Of a DNA stretch of 64,000 nt, positions 41,024-55,329 are shown piece by piece (the stretch's first letter is position 1; every line of letters starts with the position of its first letter). Source of the stretch: Syncephalis fuscata S228 (taxonomy: Eukaryota > Fungi > Zoopagomycota); assembly GCA_025786725.1 (NCBI GenBank), contig JAHLTZ010000016.1, positions 62,001-126,000 on the forward strand. Reading direction: 5' to 3'. Below the pieces are notes generated by a model. It did not search any database. It was not told the DNA's origin and was given only the letters and a program-made list of their open reading frames with translations. A program made the translations under genes and the position numbers.

Positions 41024-41212
41024 GCACTTTTCGTTAAATACAATTTGTTAAACATTTACCCAAATAATACAAATTAAAGAAAAAATGTTTATTAATATTA
41101 AATCAATTTATTAACATCAACTATTTAGTTATAATCATTTATATTTATTATATACTATGACACGTAGAATAGTAGCCATAACAACATAAAATTCATCTAC
41201 TAATATTTATAA

Positions 41213-44172
41213 TCATCGTCGACTAACATTACGTGTAACACCTAATGGATCACCGTCATCATCGTCATTGTCGTCATTCTTGTTATCTAGTATTGATTCA
41301 GTAACATTTAGTGTTGTAGTAAGTGGAGCCACTAATTCAGTATGATTGATAGGTGATGTAGGCAATGAATTCGTTCTATCTTCTCGCTTTCTACTCGTTG
41401 TACTACTACTACTACCAACTCGGAATGGACTATGACTATGACTAGCACTATTATTAGTACTACTAATACTCGTGTTCCGACTTGATGTATGGCTTTTAGT
41501 AATGATCCGGGCGTTGTGGTGGTTGGTGGTGGCGATTTAGTTGATCTATTAGCTGATGTAGTTAGAATATCTGCGGCAAATGGATCTCTTATATAGGCCA
41601 GTTCTTCTGGTGACTGATTAGATACAGGTTGGGCTGACCATCCCATAGTAGATAATTTATCGGTAATTAACGCTTCATCTCCATTATCTACTGAATATGG
41701 ATGATAGTCGCTATTACTATGGCCATTAGATGTAGTGGGTGCGGCATCAGTATCAATGTGTAATGGACTAGTGACACCTCTTATTGATATCATGGGTTTA
41801 CCGATAGCTGTATCATTAGGTAGTGGACTGGCTGTTAATGTGCTGTTAGCATTCGTATTACCATTAACAGGCAGTCCATTACTGAATACAGATACAACGC
41901 CGGCCATGGCTGCCGATACAGTGGCCATGGCTGCTGCAGATCGTGGTCTATTAGTATCAGCTGTCATCGCCTCCTCATCAACAACACCATTCACCTCTTC
42001 ATCTCGTCGAGCAAACAAACTGGCCCAGTATTTAAGATAGTTAGTATCAGGCAGCACAACACCTTCATCCATCTCTTCATCTCGCTTCATATCGTAGATA
42101 TCATTAATAAACTCTTCACGTCGTAGATCTAGATAGGGCCATACAGAATAGGTGCTATCACGCACTAGATTGCGTCGTTCTCGTTCCGTATTACACAAAA
42201 AGGTACCAAACTGGCAGGCATAGGCATGATAGTGTAGAGCAATTAGGAATCGCTCATTAAATTCAAATCGCCATGGTGCTTGCGTCCATAATTGATAACA
42301 GCAATCAAGGAATTGGTGGAATACTGGCGATGTTTCGCGTACATGTGATGATTGTTGATGCAGACGAGATTGAATTGAACTAAGTGTCGCTTCAGCTGCT
42401 GATGATTGAGCACCGGCAGCTATTTGAAAGTCGCGTTCATGTGTAAGATGACCACACCGATCAGTAAATTTATGACCAAATGAACACCACTCCTTTTCAA
42501 CTAATACGGCAAATCCTTCAATAGTACGGTAATATGGATCAAGACATAGGGAAGAAAGGCCGGTGAGTTGTGCCGTACGATCCCATCCATCAGAACAGTG
42601 GACTAATACGTGGGCCCGATCATGGTGCACCGTACGTACAATATTGGTGACACCATCGAGTAGTAATTGGATATGCCGTAGCCAATTTGATTTAGATAGC
42701 TGTATCTTATTAACAATGCCATTAACATCGGACGAGCCTATAGCTATATCGGTGGGAGATTTAATACGACGACCCGTTAGTAAACGACAGCATGGACGTG
42801 CCCATATCCAAGCAACGCAGCAACAATCAAACATAGAGTCACAGAGGATGGCGTTAGAAGACCGATTTGTATAACGATTGGCGTAGGCTGTCGTATAAAT
42901 GTATAAAACAAAATATACAAAGCATAATGCCACAACTAAATAACAGATACAGCATCCATACAGTCACTTACCATCAGCAATCTTATTAAGACTATCACGC
43001 ATCACATGGATATTATCAATGCCTAAATAAAGTTTACGGCATTGGCGGTAATTTTCGGTATTTTCACTGCCTGCACCCATTGCTACATTGGCCATGGCAT
43101 TGGCGGTGGGACGGGCATCAATAATAAGATTACGGTTCTGTAAATTTGATGTAATGCCAGTTGATTCATCTCGTTCGCTTGTAAAAATGGCCTCTACCAA
43201 CTTTTCATCTTGAACTGATCGACTTTGTCGTAAACCGACCATAGGTTGACTAGATCGTGTAATAGTAGTCTATATTATATATTATATATGTATATTAGTT
43301 GCAATGTATTGTTATATTGTATTGTTATATTGTATCATATTTGTATTTACTATATTAACTGTATAACTTACCATAGTGGGTCGGTGTAGATAGGATAATA
43401 CGGGTATTCGGCCTTTACTACGGAATTTAGCTGCATGTTCAAGTGTGACATCGCTAATCTTATCTGGTACAACTAGAAAACTGGGATACGTTGGACAGAG
43501 CTAATTGAATAGATTAGAATCCAGTATTGGCTTTATAATATGACTTACTTCATAATTAACATTCTTTTCAGTAAATCTCCATTTATTAGATCGTGTGCCA
43601 ACACCCATACGTTTGTATTCGCGTGCTGGATCATATCGTGTCCAGCCTTCCTCTTTTGACCAACGAGGCGTTGGTTGATAGTAGAAGGCATGGAATTGGT
43701 CCAATTTTTCTACACTTACTTAGTCTAACCTCTATTGGATCTATCCAGTCATACTTACCAACACAGGTAAGCTTCTGCATAACTTCATAAACATCAATGG
43801 CTTTGCTTTCAGTGGTAAAGCTAAGTGTAACGAATAGAAAGTGATGGCAACGGATACGTAATGGATACAGACCATCGTTAGTGACAGGTTGGCGTTCAAC
43901 CGTATGTAATAATGGATACGGAATCTATGGTATAGATTAGCGCATTGTACCGCCACGGCCATCTCTAGTAAATACCCATAGTTCCTCTTTAGGCTGTCTG
44001 AAGATGAGGTGGTGCATCAAGACGTGTAGTGTACCTGTATACTGTTTGCTGCCTCGGTCCAGGCGAACATTCTCGACCTGATAAACAAAACATCGTGGCA
44101 TTAGTTTGGTTAGAACGCGTAAGCAGCACAACACCGCAAACTGTTCACCTTGGACATTTTGATGAGGTCCAT
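41213..44172 (-). CDS. YMR1: Myotubularin-family phosphoinositide 3-phosphatase, multi-exon (apparent 1-nt deletion near 41510)
   Basis: LCPTYP, FRSKGRIP, SSQPMVG, IIDARP, HCSDGWDRT catalytic motif, EKEWCSFGHKF; natural C-terminus ...DPLGVTRNVSRR* lies in a shifted frame. Confidence 0.92.
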
Positions 44173-45282
44173 GCTTAGTGTTATGTTGTGGAATGACTAT
44201 AGATTGGACCACAATATAGAAAGTAGTAAGATGTCGAAGTAAATGCAAAGTGTGGGTGTGTACGGGAATAATCGAATAGAAAGTGCGTGACCAAGTACAC
44301 TGTACTCGCGTGCAGGGGCAAACGAGTATGCTTAGAGGCGCGTGAAGGAGCAGCAAGTAATAGACGAAAGAGACGATAAGGATAAGCAAATGACGACGAT
44401 ACAGACGATGTCGTCAATAAATGGTTGCTGTTCAAGGGAGTTGAATAAGGGCGGAATAAGCAGAGATCAGCGTCACTGATTTAGGAGAGATACAGCCAAA
44501 AGAACAGTCTTTTCTAGATCAATGTCGTTACAGGTATTGGTATTACCGTATATAATGAATAAAGTAATATAATTAACTAGATACTTGGCTTGTTGGCTTA
44601 CTATAGATGGTTGTTGATACTTTTACTAATCTATCAGTGTCTAATGGTCGTATTTAGTTTAATATATATATGCATAAATGTGATATGACAATGTAATACT
44701 ACAATGTACTTGATGGTCACTAGTACTATTAAGCTGATGTAAATGCATAACAGTCTACTATATAGTTGTATATAAGTATTAGTAAATAGATATGGATACA
44801 TTAGCTATAGCAATTAAAAAATATTATATTAACAAATGGTAATAAGTGTCATTAGTAAAAAGTGTTTAGTATATTATTGTTTATTATATTATTAATAACA
44901 TTATTACCCCCGCTTAATCCATTTATAATATTAATATTGATGGATCACAAATAGCTACAAAGGCCTGTCATTAAATAACAACTACGTAATAAACACTGGT
45001 ATACCAAATGTACTCATATCGTTATCAGTTCGGACAATCAATACCAATAACGATGACATAAATGCTGTTTGGTTTAACAAGACTGTGTTCATCAGGGTGT
45101 GAATGACATTCAGTATTTACAAGGAATAAAATGTATTATTTTGTGTTGATCAGTGTTTACAGGTGTAATTAAGCAAAAAAATACTTACACCACCATTTAA
45201 TGGCACTTTTTTACGCATATAGCCGCTATATCGTTCGTTTTTTGAACAAAAAGTAAATATTCTGTTTAAAAACGCAGCAAAA

Positions 45283-45379
45283 TGCTCCCGGTGAGGATCG
45301 AACTCACGACATCCGCGTGACTTTGGTATAGTTTATATCCTATAAGCACGGCGCTCTAAACCAGCTGAGCTACGGGAGC
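45283..45379 (-). tRNA. tRNA-Ile(UAU) with 22-nt intron (45319-45340)
   Basis: GCTCCCGTAGCTCAGCTGGTTTAGAGCGCCGTGCTTATA-[intron]-ACGCGGATGTCGTGAGTTCGATCCTCACCGGGAGCA. Confidence 0.93.
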
Positions 45380-45624
45380 CCAAGGACGCGGTTCAGCGTC
45401 ACCGAAAAGTTAGAATTTTTTGAGTATTTGATAAAGATTTTATATTACAAAAATGGCTTTTTGCACATTTTAATTAGCTAATTAATTTGTATGTGTGTTG
45501 ATTATTATGATGATGATTTATTATTGATAATAAAAAGTAATTTGCCACAAAAAAGCGATTTACAACAACAAATAAAATATTAATAATGAATTGATTATTA
45601 TATCTAATATTGCTGTTATATCCA

Positions 45625-47266
45625 CTATTTTTCTGATACAGGAGTAGTTCTACGTCGTCCTAGTAATTCGTCTTGTACTTGTTCTACCGTCTTGCCTTTA
45701 GTGTCGGTTAGGTAGAACCACATAAAGGCAAAGCCCAGTGCACCGGTGGCAACAAACACCAGGTAGCTGTAGGAGCGAAGGCCCTCGTTGACCAGTGGGA
45801 AAAGTAGGCCGACACAGAAATTACAAAGCCAGTTAATACCAATGGCTAATGAGGAGGCTGCGCCAACTGCTTTAGTTGGGAACATTTCAGGAAGAATGAG
45901 CCAGGGAATAGGCCCAAGTCCTACGGCGAATACGGCAACAAATAGAAAGACGGCGACAATAACGGCAACGTTTTGTTTGTATATACTACCTATTACAACA
46001 AGTACACTCATAAGTGTCATGCCAAATAGACTGACTAGCATAAGTGACTTGCGGCCAGCACGTTCAACTAGAGCCGATGAAACGAATGTCATACCGACAT
46101 TAAGTGCGCCAATGCCAACAGTGACACCGCGGGCTGTTTCGGCACCAAATGCACCGGTAAACATACTTGTGCTGTAAAAGAAAACGCTATTAATACCGGT
46201 GAGCTGTTGTAGCGCATGAATCATAAGGGCGATAAATGCTACTTTGCGCATTGGCGATCGGATAAGCTGGATAATATTCATTGACGTTTCGTCGGCAGCG
46301 GCAGCGTCCAAGTCTTCTTGCTTCTCAACGTGGCTACCGATGGATGTGCTTGAGGTGGGCACGTTCTTTTGCTGGCTGGCAATGATAGCGTCCATTTCTG
46401 CGCGTATATCATAGCCTTTACGTAGACGGGCCATGGCTTTTAAGCCAGCGTCGGTTTGGCCACTGGCGACAAGGCAGGCGGGTGATTCAACGCAAAAGCA
46501 TAGCATAATGCCTTGTACAACTGCTGGTATAATAGTGAGGCCAAGGAGTATACGCCAGCCAGATGCCGTACTCAATGCAAGACCAAGCAATTGAGCAATA
46601 AGAATACCAACGACAAGGAAAAGCTGGACCAGTGAACCAAACGTACCGCGTCGCTTAATAGTTGCTACTTCACCGACGTAGACGGGTGCAGTGACTGAAC
46701 CAATACCTGTGGCAATGCCTACGACAATACGGCCAACAATAAACTGAGCGGCTGTCGTACTGAGTGCCATAAGTAGACCGGCAACAATATAGATAGCGCT
46801 ACTGGCCAGCAGCGTATTGCGTCGTCCGATACGGTTCATCATAGGAGAAGCACTCAAGCCGCCGACAAGTCCGCCTAAGGCAAAGCTGCCAATTGCAAAT
46901 CCCCTATGGACGCGGAATAGCGATCATTGAAATAAAGTAATAAAGCATATACCCTTAATTAGCATAGTGTATGCCGTCTACATGTCTCTAGAGTTGCGCT
47001 TACCAAATACCACTGCTCATAGGAATACAGCCTGGAAAGGTGCCACTTTGCTGGCTTACAGCAACACTTTCACAGTTGCGGATTACAAGTTCGGGTGCAT
47101 TAGGTGCACCAATGTTGTAGCCATTGTTGAATGCTGACAACACAGCAGAGCTGGCGCAGAAAAAGGAGTACAGGGTCCAGGTCGCTTCGCGGGAATCAGT
47201 ATCCGTATCGTGCTTGGATACAGACGCCCTTTGGTCCGTACCACTAGCTTCAGCCTGGGTTGCCAT
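45625..47266 (-). CDS. MFS sugar porter, GLUT/SLC2A-like; 2 exons
   Basis: FNNGYNIG, IGRR, YVGEVA...RG, VESP, QQLTGINSVFFYST, GLGPIPW, TKGKT. Confidence 0.92.
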
Positions 47267-47934
47267 ATAAAAGTCGTTATCTAAAGATGTGCCACCAGTA
47301 TCGATTGCAACCAACTACTGTCGGTTGTTCGTGTAGAAGAGCAAAAAAATTGTGTAGAGAACAAGGCTAGTAGCTACGAACTCAGACTCATTAATAAAGG
47401 TGTGTTAATACTGTTTCATTTCTTTGTTCGTTGTATAGTTGCATGCATATATTCTGGAAATAACCGGATTGACACACGAGATTTGCATCGTTTCGAACGA
47501 CTCCACACCACATGGAACAGACATGGCAACGGACACGAGGTGTCAATAGTCGCAATATAGTCCCAGATACATGTGCCACGGTTTATTAATAAATGATTGG
47601 ACCGGTTTAATGTGACATTTATCCACATTTAATTTGTGGAGTGCATGAATATAGAAGTGCAATGCAAACACTATGTAAATAAACCTCTTTTATTAGAAAC
47701 AACTGTACGTTGAATGAATAGAGCAATGAAAAAGAGTGTGGTCAAATTTAAGACAATGACGTGCATAAAGACACATGATAACCTGCCTAATGTGCATAAA
47801 GATGCATGATGATATACCAAACATGTCATAGCGTAGTGCAATATATCCACAATCCGGTACATCTTCATACTAATATTTTCACCATATGCCAACTATAATG
47901 GCCAATGTGCATTAGGATGGTCGGCCGAGCTTGA

Positions 47935-49486
47935 TTAAAGCACTTTAGTATTTGGCCACAATTTCTGTTCAATAAGCCCGTTGACAATCTCTTCCAAGGC
48001 TGAAAACTCAATACGTGGATACTTGTAAACAAAGCCTGTCTCGCGAACAATCTTTTGCCCATCGACCGATATCGGAGAGGCCAAAAAGTACTCTTGGCTT
48101 AGTGTAGGACTAACTGGGGTAGCGGATATGTTGTGTTCTTCCAAAAGCTCCATCCAAATTGGGCCAGACAGCTCGTTGAGTTCATCGCGCACAGTCATAA
48201 TATCGACCTGCATGGCCGGTCAGTTAATTGATTCAGGCAAATGGATCATGTGTTGGTCACTTACCTCGGCATTGTCGCCGTCGGCTTCCGCTGCTGCTGG
48301 CGCTGCTTCTACACTGCCGGACTTGGTAGCACCGTGTTTGTTTTGATATTTTGAGTAAATGGCAAACATTTCCGAAAAGCCTGTATTAATGTGTGAATAA
48401 ATTACTGCCATTACAACACTATACTGTTAATAACTCACGTGTATCGTTTTGGTCAGATACATTGAATACTTCAATGCCTGTCTGTTGAGTATCACAGTAC
48501 CATTTGGCCAAATGATACATTGCTGACACTACATCAACTACGTGTACGGAGTTGCGTCTTGGATTAGAGGTGTGCGGCTGACTAAGTTGCCATTGTTTAT
48601 ACTGGATAACCGTATTAAGTGCCAAGAACGGAACTAGTAATTGCAAGTATGATTAGCAAGCACAAAGGCGCAAGTTATAACTGCTTACCAAATCGGAAAA
48701 AGTCGCCAGGACCATAGACCAATGCTGGCCGTACAATAACGGCGTTCAATCTATATAAACTATTAACATTGGCTACAAACAGCAGTAGAATACTCGATTA
48801 CTTACCCTGGAATCGCCATAATCTTACGATCAGTCTCAAGGTGGTATTTTGTGCGTGATATATCCTCTTGCACATTTGCTGTTTCATCACATGGTGGCTG
48901 TTTAAATGTACGCCGTAATTGTTAATTAATACTAACCAGCTATTTAATAATAAACCTACATCATTTTCTGTAGCCTGTCGGTAAACACAGCCAGTGGAAA
49001 GCTGTATAAATACTTTAACTTTGCGTTTAGTTGCTTCGTTGGCGCAATTAACGCCGGCTACCATAATGCGTTCTTTGTAGACCTATGATGCTAGCTATAG
49101 CTAATCTTATTTCCAATGCTAATTTAACTGTTATTTACCTGCTCAACTTCGCCATAGCGATCCTCGGTGCAGCAGTTAAATACAAAATCCCAACTATCCT
49201 CTCCTTCTGCTGGCTCAAAGTTTTTGGCCACCGCCTCTATAAACAAACAGTATTAGTCTACACGCCATTATCATTGGCTTGACTGTCCCTTACCTTCATT
49301 AACCAAATTGACCTGACGAAACTCCACTTTACTCAACGCTGCTGAGCAGCCTTGGTTTAGAAAGGCTGCAGCTGGTACACTGCGATCAATAACGCGGATA
49401 GGATGGCAGAGATTGTTTTCGGTAAGGTAGGCCACCAGATTTCGGCCCACCATGTTTAAACCACCAACAACTAATGCGGAAGGCAT
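47935..49486 (-). CDS. NAD-dependent epimerase/dehydratase (extended SDR), multi-exon
   Basis: ALVVGGLNMVGRNLV Rossmann start, FIQLSTG, VRPALVYGPGD, NSVHVVDV, FNVSD, VDGQKI...GFVYKYP. Confidence 0.8.
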
Positions 49487-50795
49487 ATTGCTGTTACTTT
49501 ATATGTATATATACTGAAAAGAGAGAGCGAGAAGAGATGAAAAACGGCAACTACTAACAGGTAGAAACAAGTAGGTAAGTGGATAGATTACGATAAACAC
49601 AAGCTACTGCTGCGAATAAATTGAGAGTTTAGCAAGTAGACAAGATAAGCGACGCTGTTAACGTCACCACAAACGGAGATAGAAAAGGTAGAAGGGCAAG
49701 CTGCCGAATCTGTCGACGTGCCCGTATAGTCAAGTTCAAGGCGGTGCTGCATATGGGTAGCTCGGTGATACACGCTTGCTACTTGTTCTATGAAACACGC
49801 GTCATTCCGGTTCAACAAGCCACGCTGTAGCAAAAAGACTAAACTGGGACATACTTGAACTATATTTGATTGCTCTATATATCCTATTTGAATATTTAGA
49901 ATATAGCAAAGTATACTAGACAGTCAAATTATATCTAGCAGTGTCTTAAATGGCTTGTGAACCAATAGCACTGGCAGGTTATTTGTAAATAGCATCGGCT
50001 ATTGACTATTGTGTGTAACTCGCACAAATTGGTTGTAATAAACTTGTACAGATCCAGCTATGATGAAATAGCTACGTTGTTTAACACATGGTCCTTTACA
50101 TCATTACATCCTACAGACAATTATATAATCACATTGATTAGTCTATTAGTGTAGTATCTAGCAAACTGCTTTATATAAAGTTAAAGCTAAATAAACAATA
50201 TATAGTTATGCATGTCATTATACTTTTCCAAGTTTAAATAATGTATTTATCGAATAGACTGTTAATAAGTTAAAGTGATATTTGGTGTACAATAAATAAT
50301 ATTAGCTATTGTTATTATTACAAATAATCATTAATAATAATTTGAACAAAATAACGCGCCTAATAAATGACATTAAATATAATGATTAAATACAATATAA
50401 CTCGATCAATAACACTAAATTTAACGATACATACTAAATACATTTATTATAATAATGCTAATTGTTATAAATACAAACATATTGATATGTACATCATAAA
50501 CTTTACGTAAATAAATACCTCACTGTTAACAACAGTAGCCAGCTACCAATAATGCTTGCGAAAACACTCAAATAATGTCGTCATAATGATAATGGCGCAG
50601 AAATACATGCATTAACCGGCTATTATTCAACGTGTACCGGATAAACTTACCCACAGCAGCTAAAAATGTGCCAGCTGCATTAAGCTGCTCTAAAACTGAA
50701 GTAGCGTATAGATTTTGGCAAAAAATAAAAATTTACAGCTGTAGTAGACTAAAATAGTGTTGCAAAAAGACTAAAAGCCGCAGCAAAAGTGTACC

Positions 50796-50868
50796 CGAGC
50801 TAGCCAGGACTCGAACCTGGAATTTTTCGATCCGAAGTCGAACGCCTTATCCATTAGGCCACAAGCCC
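50796..50868 (-). tRNA. tRNA-Arg(UCG)
   Basis: GGGCTTGTGGCCTAATGGATAAGGCGTTCGACTTCGGATCGAAAAATTCCAGGTTCGAGTCCTGGCTAGCTCG. Confidence 0.93.
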
Positions 50869-51529
50869 ACTTAAAAAATTATGGAATAAAGTAATAATGT
50901 TCCAAATTTAAAAATAATTACGCTTACAGCTTTAATTCTTAAATAATTATATTGCTATGGCCATATATATTATTTGGCATAATATTAGCAATGTTAAAGT
51001 AATAGGTAACGTGTAGTCATTTTTTAAATAATATTTGTCCTTTTTATGTATTTTTAAACTATCTGTTATAGATTGTCCATTAGTATCGTAAATCTTTATT
51101 ATTTGTATTGTTTATAAATATGTCTTATTCATATACTATTTGTTCATTTACAAGTAAATATACACCGATTACTACCATTGTTTAGTCTAAATGGCACATT
51201 TTATATGTTAATCTATATTATTTATTATTATTAATTAATTAACTACAAGTTATACCCATATAAATACATAGGGCAATGTTATATATTATTCATATATAGA
51301 TGGGTTTATTATAAAAAAAATCGCTAATCTATGACCACTATGCCAATCAAATAGATAGGCAGTCAGATAAGGCTGTGTAGAAACGTAGACTGTCAAGAGT
51401 TGTGAGGAATACGCCGCATGTGCCAGCACTTGAATTACATTATATTTCCAATTCTTTCCTTGACATCATTTCTTCATCTAACGTGAGCGTGGGCCTCCAA
51501 CTCGTCTACACTGTGCAACACCCTTCATC

Positions 51530-52543
51530 ATGCATCTGTTTGGCCGAGCTCGAAACAAGCCCAATCCGCAAGAGGCGATTGTAAAGCTACGAGAGACTTT
51601 ACAGTTACTGCAGAAACGAGAAACCTTTTGCAGACAAAGATCGACAATGAAATCAAAGTTGCTCGGGCTAATGCCACCAAGAACAAACGAGGTAAGTCGT
51701 TGATAGTAATAATAGAGCGGGCTTTACAGCAAAATAGGCTACTACTTATGCGTGCTGTTGGTTACTGTGGCATACGATGATGAACAGTAGACTAAGCTAC
51801 AGTACATGCACTAATCTACCAATACTAACAAGATATACTGGTATTATTCATAACGCAGCGGCTCTGATGGCTTTGAAACGAAAGAAAAAGTACGAAGAGC
51901 AAATCGAACAGACAACAGGAGCACGAATGACGCTCGAAACGCAAGCTATGGCCATTGAAGGCGCCAACATTAATTTGGAGGCAATTAATGCCATGAAAGT
52001 GGGAGCCAAGGCAATTCGTGATATTCACGGCTCAATGTTAGCTACAAAAAAAGAAAAAGCTTTATTTGCGTGTATACTAACTAATATAATAACCATAATG
52101 ATCATGTATGGCTATTTAGGGGTATTGACGAAGTCGACAAGACTATGGATGATATTCGCGAGCAAATGGACTTGGCCAACGAAATATCTGGTGCTATTTC
52201 ACAGCCATTATCGTTTGGTACTGATTTAGATGAGGTCAGTATGAATACAGTGTTAATTAGAAGGCAATTATGCAATTGGGATAGATATGGATACTGACAT
52301 GTGCACCCATATTACAGGATGAACTAGCGGCTGAATTGGAGGCACTTGAACAAGAAGAACTAGATGAAAAACTATTGGGTGCCGAAGTACCGCCTATATT
52401 CATGCCAAATACACCGCAATTGAATACAGGTAGGCATTATATGCATAAATGGCTAGTAATTGGCTAATGCTGCGTGTTATACAGCGCAAGAGGAGGACCA
52501 CGATGCCGAATTGGAAAAACTGCGTGCAGAAATGGCCATGTAA
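51530..52543 (+). CDS. SNF7: ESCRT-III Snf7/Vps32 (CHMP4), multi-exon; apparent 1-nt deletion at 51626-51629
   Basis: QEAIVKLRETLQLLQKRE, KNKRAALMALKRKKKYE, AIEGANIN, DEVDKTMDDIREQ, DEDELAAELEALEQEELD. Confidence 0.93.
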
Positions 52544-52706
52544 TGACAAGACTAGCCTGCAAAACTACGGGTATATTATTGTTTAATAATAATAATAAAT
52601 TTATTATTGCTTCTGTACATAAATGTTACAATATCATTTAATTTATTTTAATAACACTAACTATCCTTTTTATCATCTTTTACTACTACTACCAATGGAC
52701 CTGTTT

Positions 52707-53938
52707 CTACTGGAACAGTGACGCTGGTGTCGTTGTTGTTGTTGTTGTCGCTGCCACTTCTCGTTCCTTTTCTCGTTCTTGAATACTCATATACAGTGCA
52801 TTCTTTTGATGTTCACAAATAGCCGCTTTCTTTTGCTGCAATAAATACTTTATTAGCCGTGTATTTCAATCTACAAACCATAGCTACTTACTTGAATACT
52901 TAACTCTTTGGCTAAATCCATTCGCCGTAATTCAATCCAACCACGATGTCGTCGACATGTTTTACGCAGTTCTTGACAACAATCTGACTCTTGTTCAGCC
53001 TGTTGTTTATCTTTTTGCGTATTGCCATCATCATCATCATCATCATTAGCTAAAATTTCATCATCTGATGCAAGATAGACTTCATTGTAAAACCGCATTG
53101 ATCAGGCGATATAGTCATTGCATGTTCGATGCATTTCTCCAATCGATCCTGGTGTCGAGTGTTTGTTCCAAATTCAACTGTATTAACGCTGAACGAGCAG
53201 ATAGTTTCTCCAATGCTTGCTGTTCAATATCGTTGCCGAATGACTCAAGTTCCTCGTATGATTGCTCCTGTTTACGTATACGTCTTTGTAATAATGCCAC
53301 TCTGATACCACATATATCTGAACAATATTTTGAATTCTCTCTTGCTGCATGTGTACAACCAGTTCGACGACATTCTTTCCTCCACGATATTTGCAATCCT
53401 TTGGCTATCCAAATCTAAGTATATTACTAAATTGACTTTTCTTTACACTTACCGGCGCAGTGCGGACAATAATACTTGTCAAGAAACTCGGCCGTTGCTT
53501 CTTCAACATCGACACAGTCGCCATGAAACCATCGTGCACATCCATCGCATAGAATCATAAATCGCTGCTCTTCATAAACAAGTGCCTGACAAATACATAA
53601 AGGCTCGTCCATAGTTGATCCCGAAAAGCTGCCTGTCCCGTCCGAAGGCTGGCTAGTGCTTATACTGCTTGTTGGACCAGCACCATTATTAGCTGACTGA
53701 TTGGACGGATTATTACCACTGCCGTTGCCATTAGCAGGATTGCCTGTAGTGGTGGGTCCACCACGTCGCTTACGCGCTTTTGCATCGCCAGCAGCAGGTT
53801 TAGATCGCTTTGTCTAGCATATTTAATAAATCATAGACTAGATTACTTACGCGTTACTACTGCATGCACTTGATTGCTTACCTTGGTTGGCTTTGCTGGT
53901 ACCGTGCGTGTGTCCGTACTAATGGCACTATCACTCAT
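52707..53938 (-). CDS. SPP1: COMPASS PHD-finger subunit Spp1/Cfp1-like, multi-exon (3' end uncertain)
   Basis: LCICQ...FMILCDGCARWFHGDCV...YYCPHC PHD; CRRTGC...SKYCSDICG; KTCRRHRGW. Confidence 0.8.
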
Positions 53939-54067
53939 ATGGACGTTGATTATTAATAGTAGCTACAACAGCAACAATAACAATAGTAATAACAGTACAG
54001 TAATAAATATAGTCAACGGTAATAGAGGTCTTTATAGTTTATGGTGTGAAAGCAAGAAAGCAAATTA

Positions 54068-54416
54068 TTACGTATTTGTAGACGCTACAGTCGATGAGGT
54101 AGATACCGCTTCGTTTGTAGTCTCTTTCTTTTTATATGAGGCTTGTGTAGCGCCTATAAGTAAAGCAGCTACGGTAAATCCTTGTGCCAATACTCGGAGA
54201 CGCAGCATTTGGTTGCCCATCTTACGATTACCACGGCGAATATATACACTGGCTGCAATCAAGGCTGTACACGTCAAGCCTAGACCTATATACACGTTTA
54301 AACTATTGTCTATCTACTACTACTACCATTGTATTTAGTAACTTACCTCCAGCTACCACAGGCTGTTCTTTCACTCGATGTTTTAAATTCTCAAAAAAAG
54401 TGTAAGGACGTTCCAT
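54068..54416 (-). CDS. RCF1: HIG1-domain respiratory supercomplex factor; 2 exons
   Basis: KEQPVVAGGLGLTCTAL...NQMLRLRVLAQGFTVAALL. Confidence 0.85.
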
Positions 54417-54616
54417 TGTTAAAAGTAAAAGCGTTGGGAATAGGAATGAGAGTGGAAAATGTTATTCTGTATAATAACTATTGTGCCATCGCTTGTACTG
54501 TTCCGTATTTACCCACAGATAAACTATAAACAACATATGCGGCTATATATTATCTTTATTATAATCGACTCGGTACAAGGCATATAGTTAACGAAGTGTG
54601 TCAATAGTCTGTAAAG

Positions 54617-55111
54617 CTATGGCAGTACCATGGATTTTGTAATCATTTGACGCGTAAGTTGTACCTCTGAACGTAGCTGTACCACGCCTGCTCGCCACAA
54701 GTCATGGTCCTTTTCTAGACCGGCAATCGGTGAACGGAATAGCACGTCAGCATCCGTAATGCCTGCCTCAGTAAGGTGTCGGAACTGTTGACGAAGCATA
54801 ACTTGTATGTTCTAATAGCAAATAAGTTTACCGTGTTATTAGCCATTGTTTGTTACCTCTAACAGCTGGTAATAACGGTCACATTGAGCCTCGATAGCTG
54901 TGGATAGCGTTTCAGTGCTATTCCTTCCTGTCGCTTCAATAGTATCTGTTTGGCCGTTTAGCATTTCTGTTACACTAACGGAAATCTGAAGTAATTCCAA
55001 AATACGCTGTATTATTGTTAGTTAAAATAAAGTATCGCTAGTATTACTAATTACCTGTTCAATAAGTTCTAGTGTTACTAGTCTTTTAGCAGTTGGTAGA
55101 CTATTATCCAT
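54617..55111 (-). CDS. MED11: Mediator subunit 11; 3 exons
   Basis: RLVTLELIEQRILELLQ...IQVMLRQQFRHLTEAGI...EKDHDLW resembles Med11. Confidence 0.65.
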
Positions 55112-55329
55112 GATAGGCGTGTTATTCCACTATTAATGGTATAGAAAGTAAAATAGAACAACAGCAATTGAATGACGAAAGAGATGTATTTAGTAGACAG
55201 CAGAATTAATAAAATTAATAAAAATACTAAATAATGTTAATAAATAATAATCATCGTAATAAGGTGGCGTCTTTATATTTTTCTGTTTTGCACAACTACC
55301 ACAGTTTTTGTAGATTTGCTTTGCTTACA

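Noticed and set aside
48208-48264. In-frame TGA (48220-48222) between two epimerase ORFs as a selenocysteine codon
   Set aside because: It lies inside a canonical intron (GTAAGT at 48264, AACTGAC branch, CAG at 48208).
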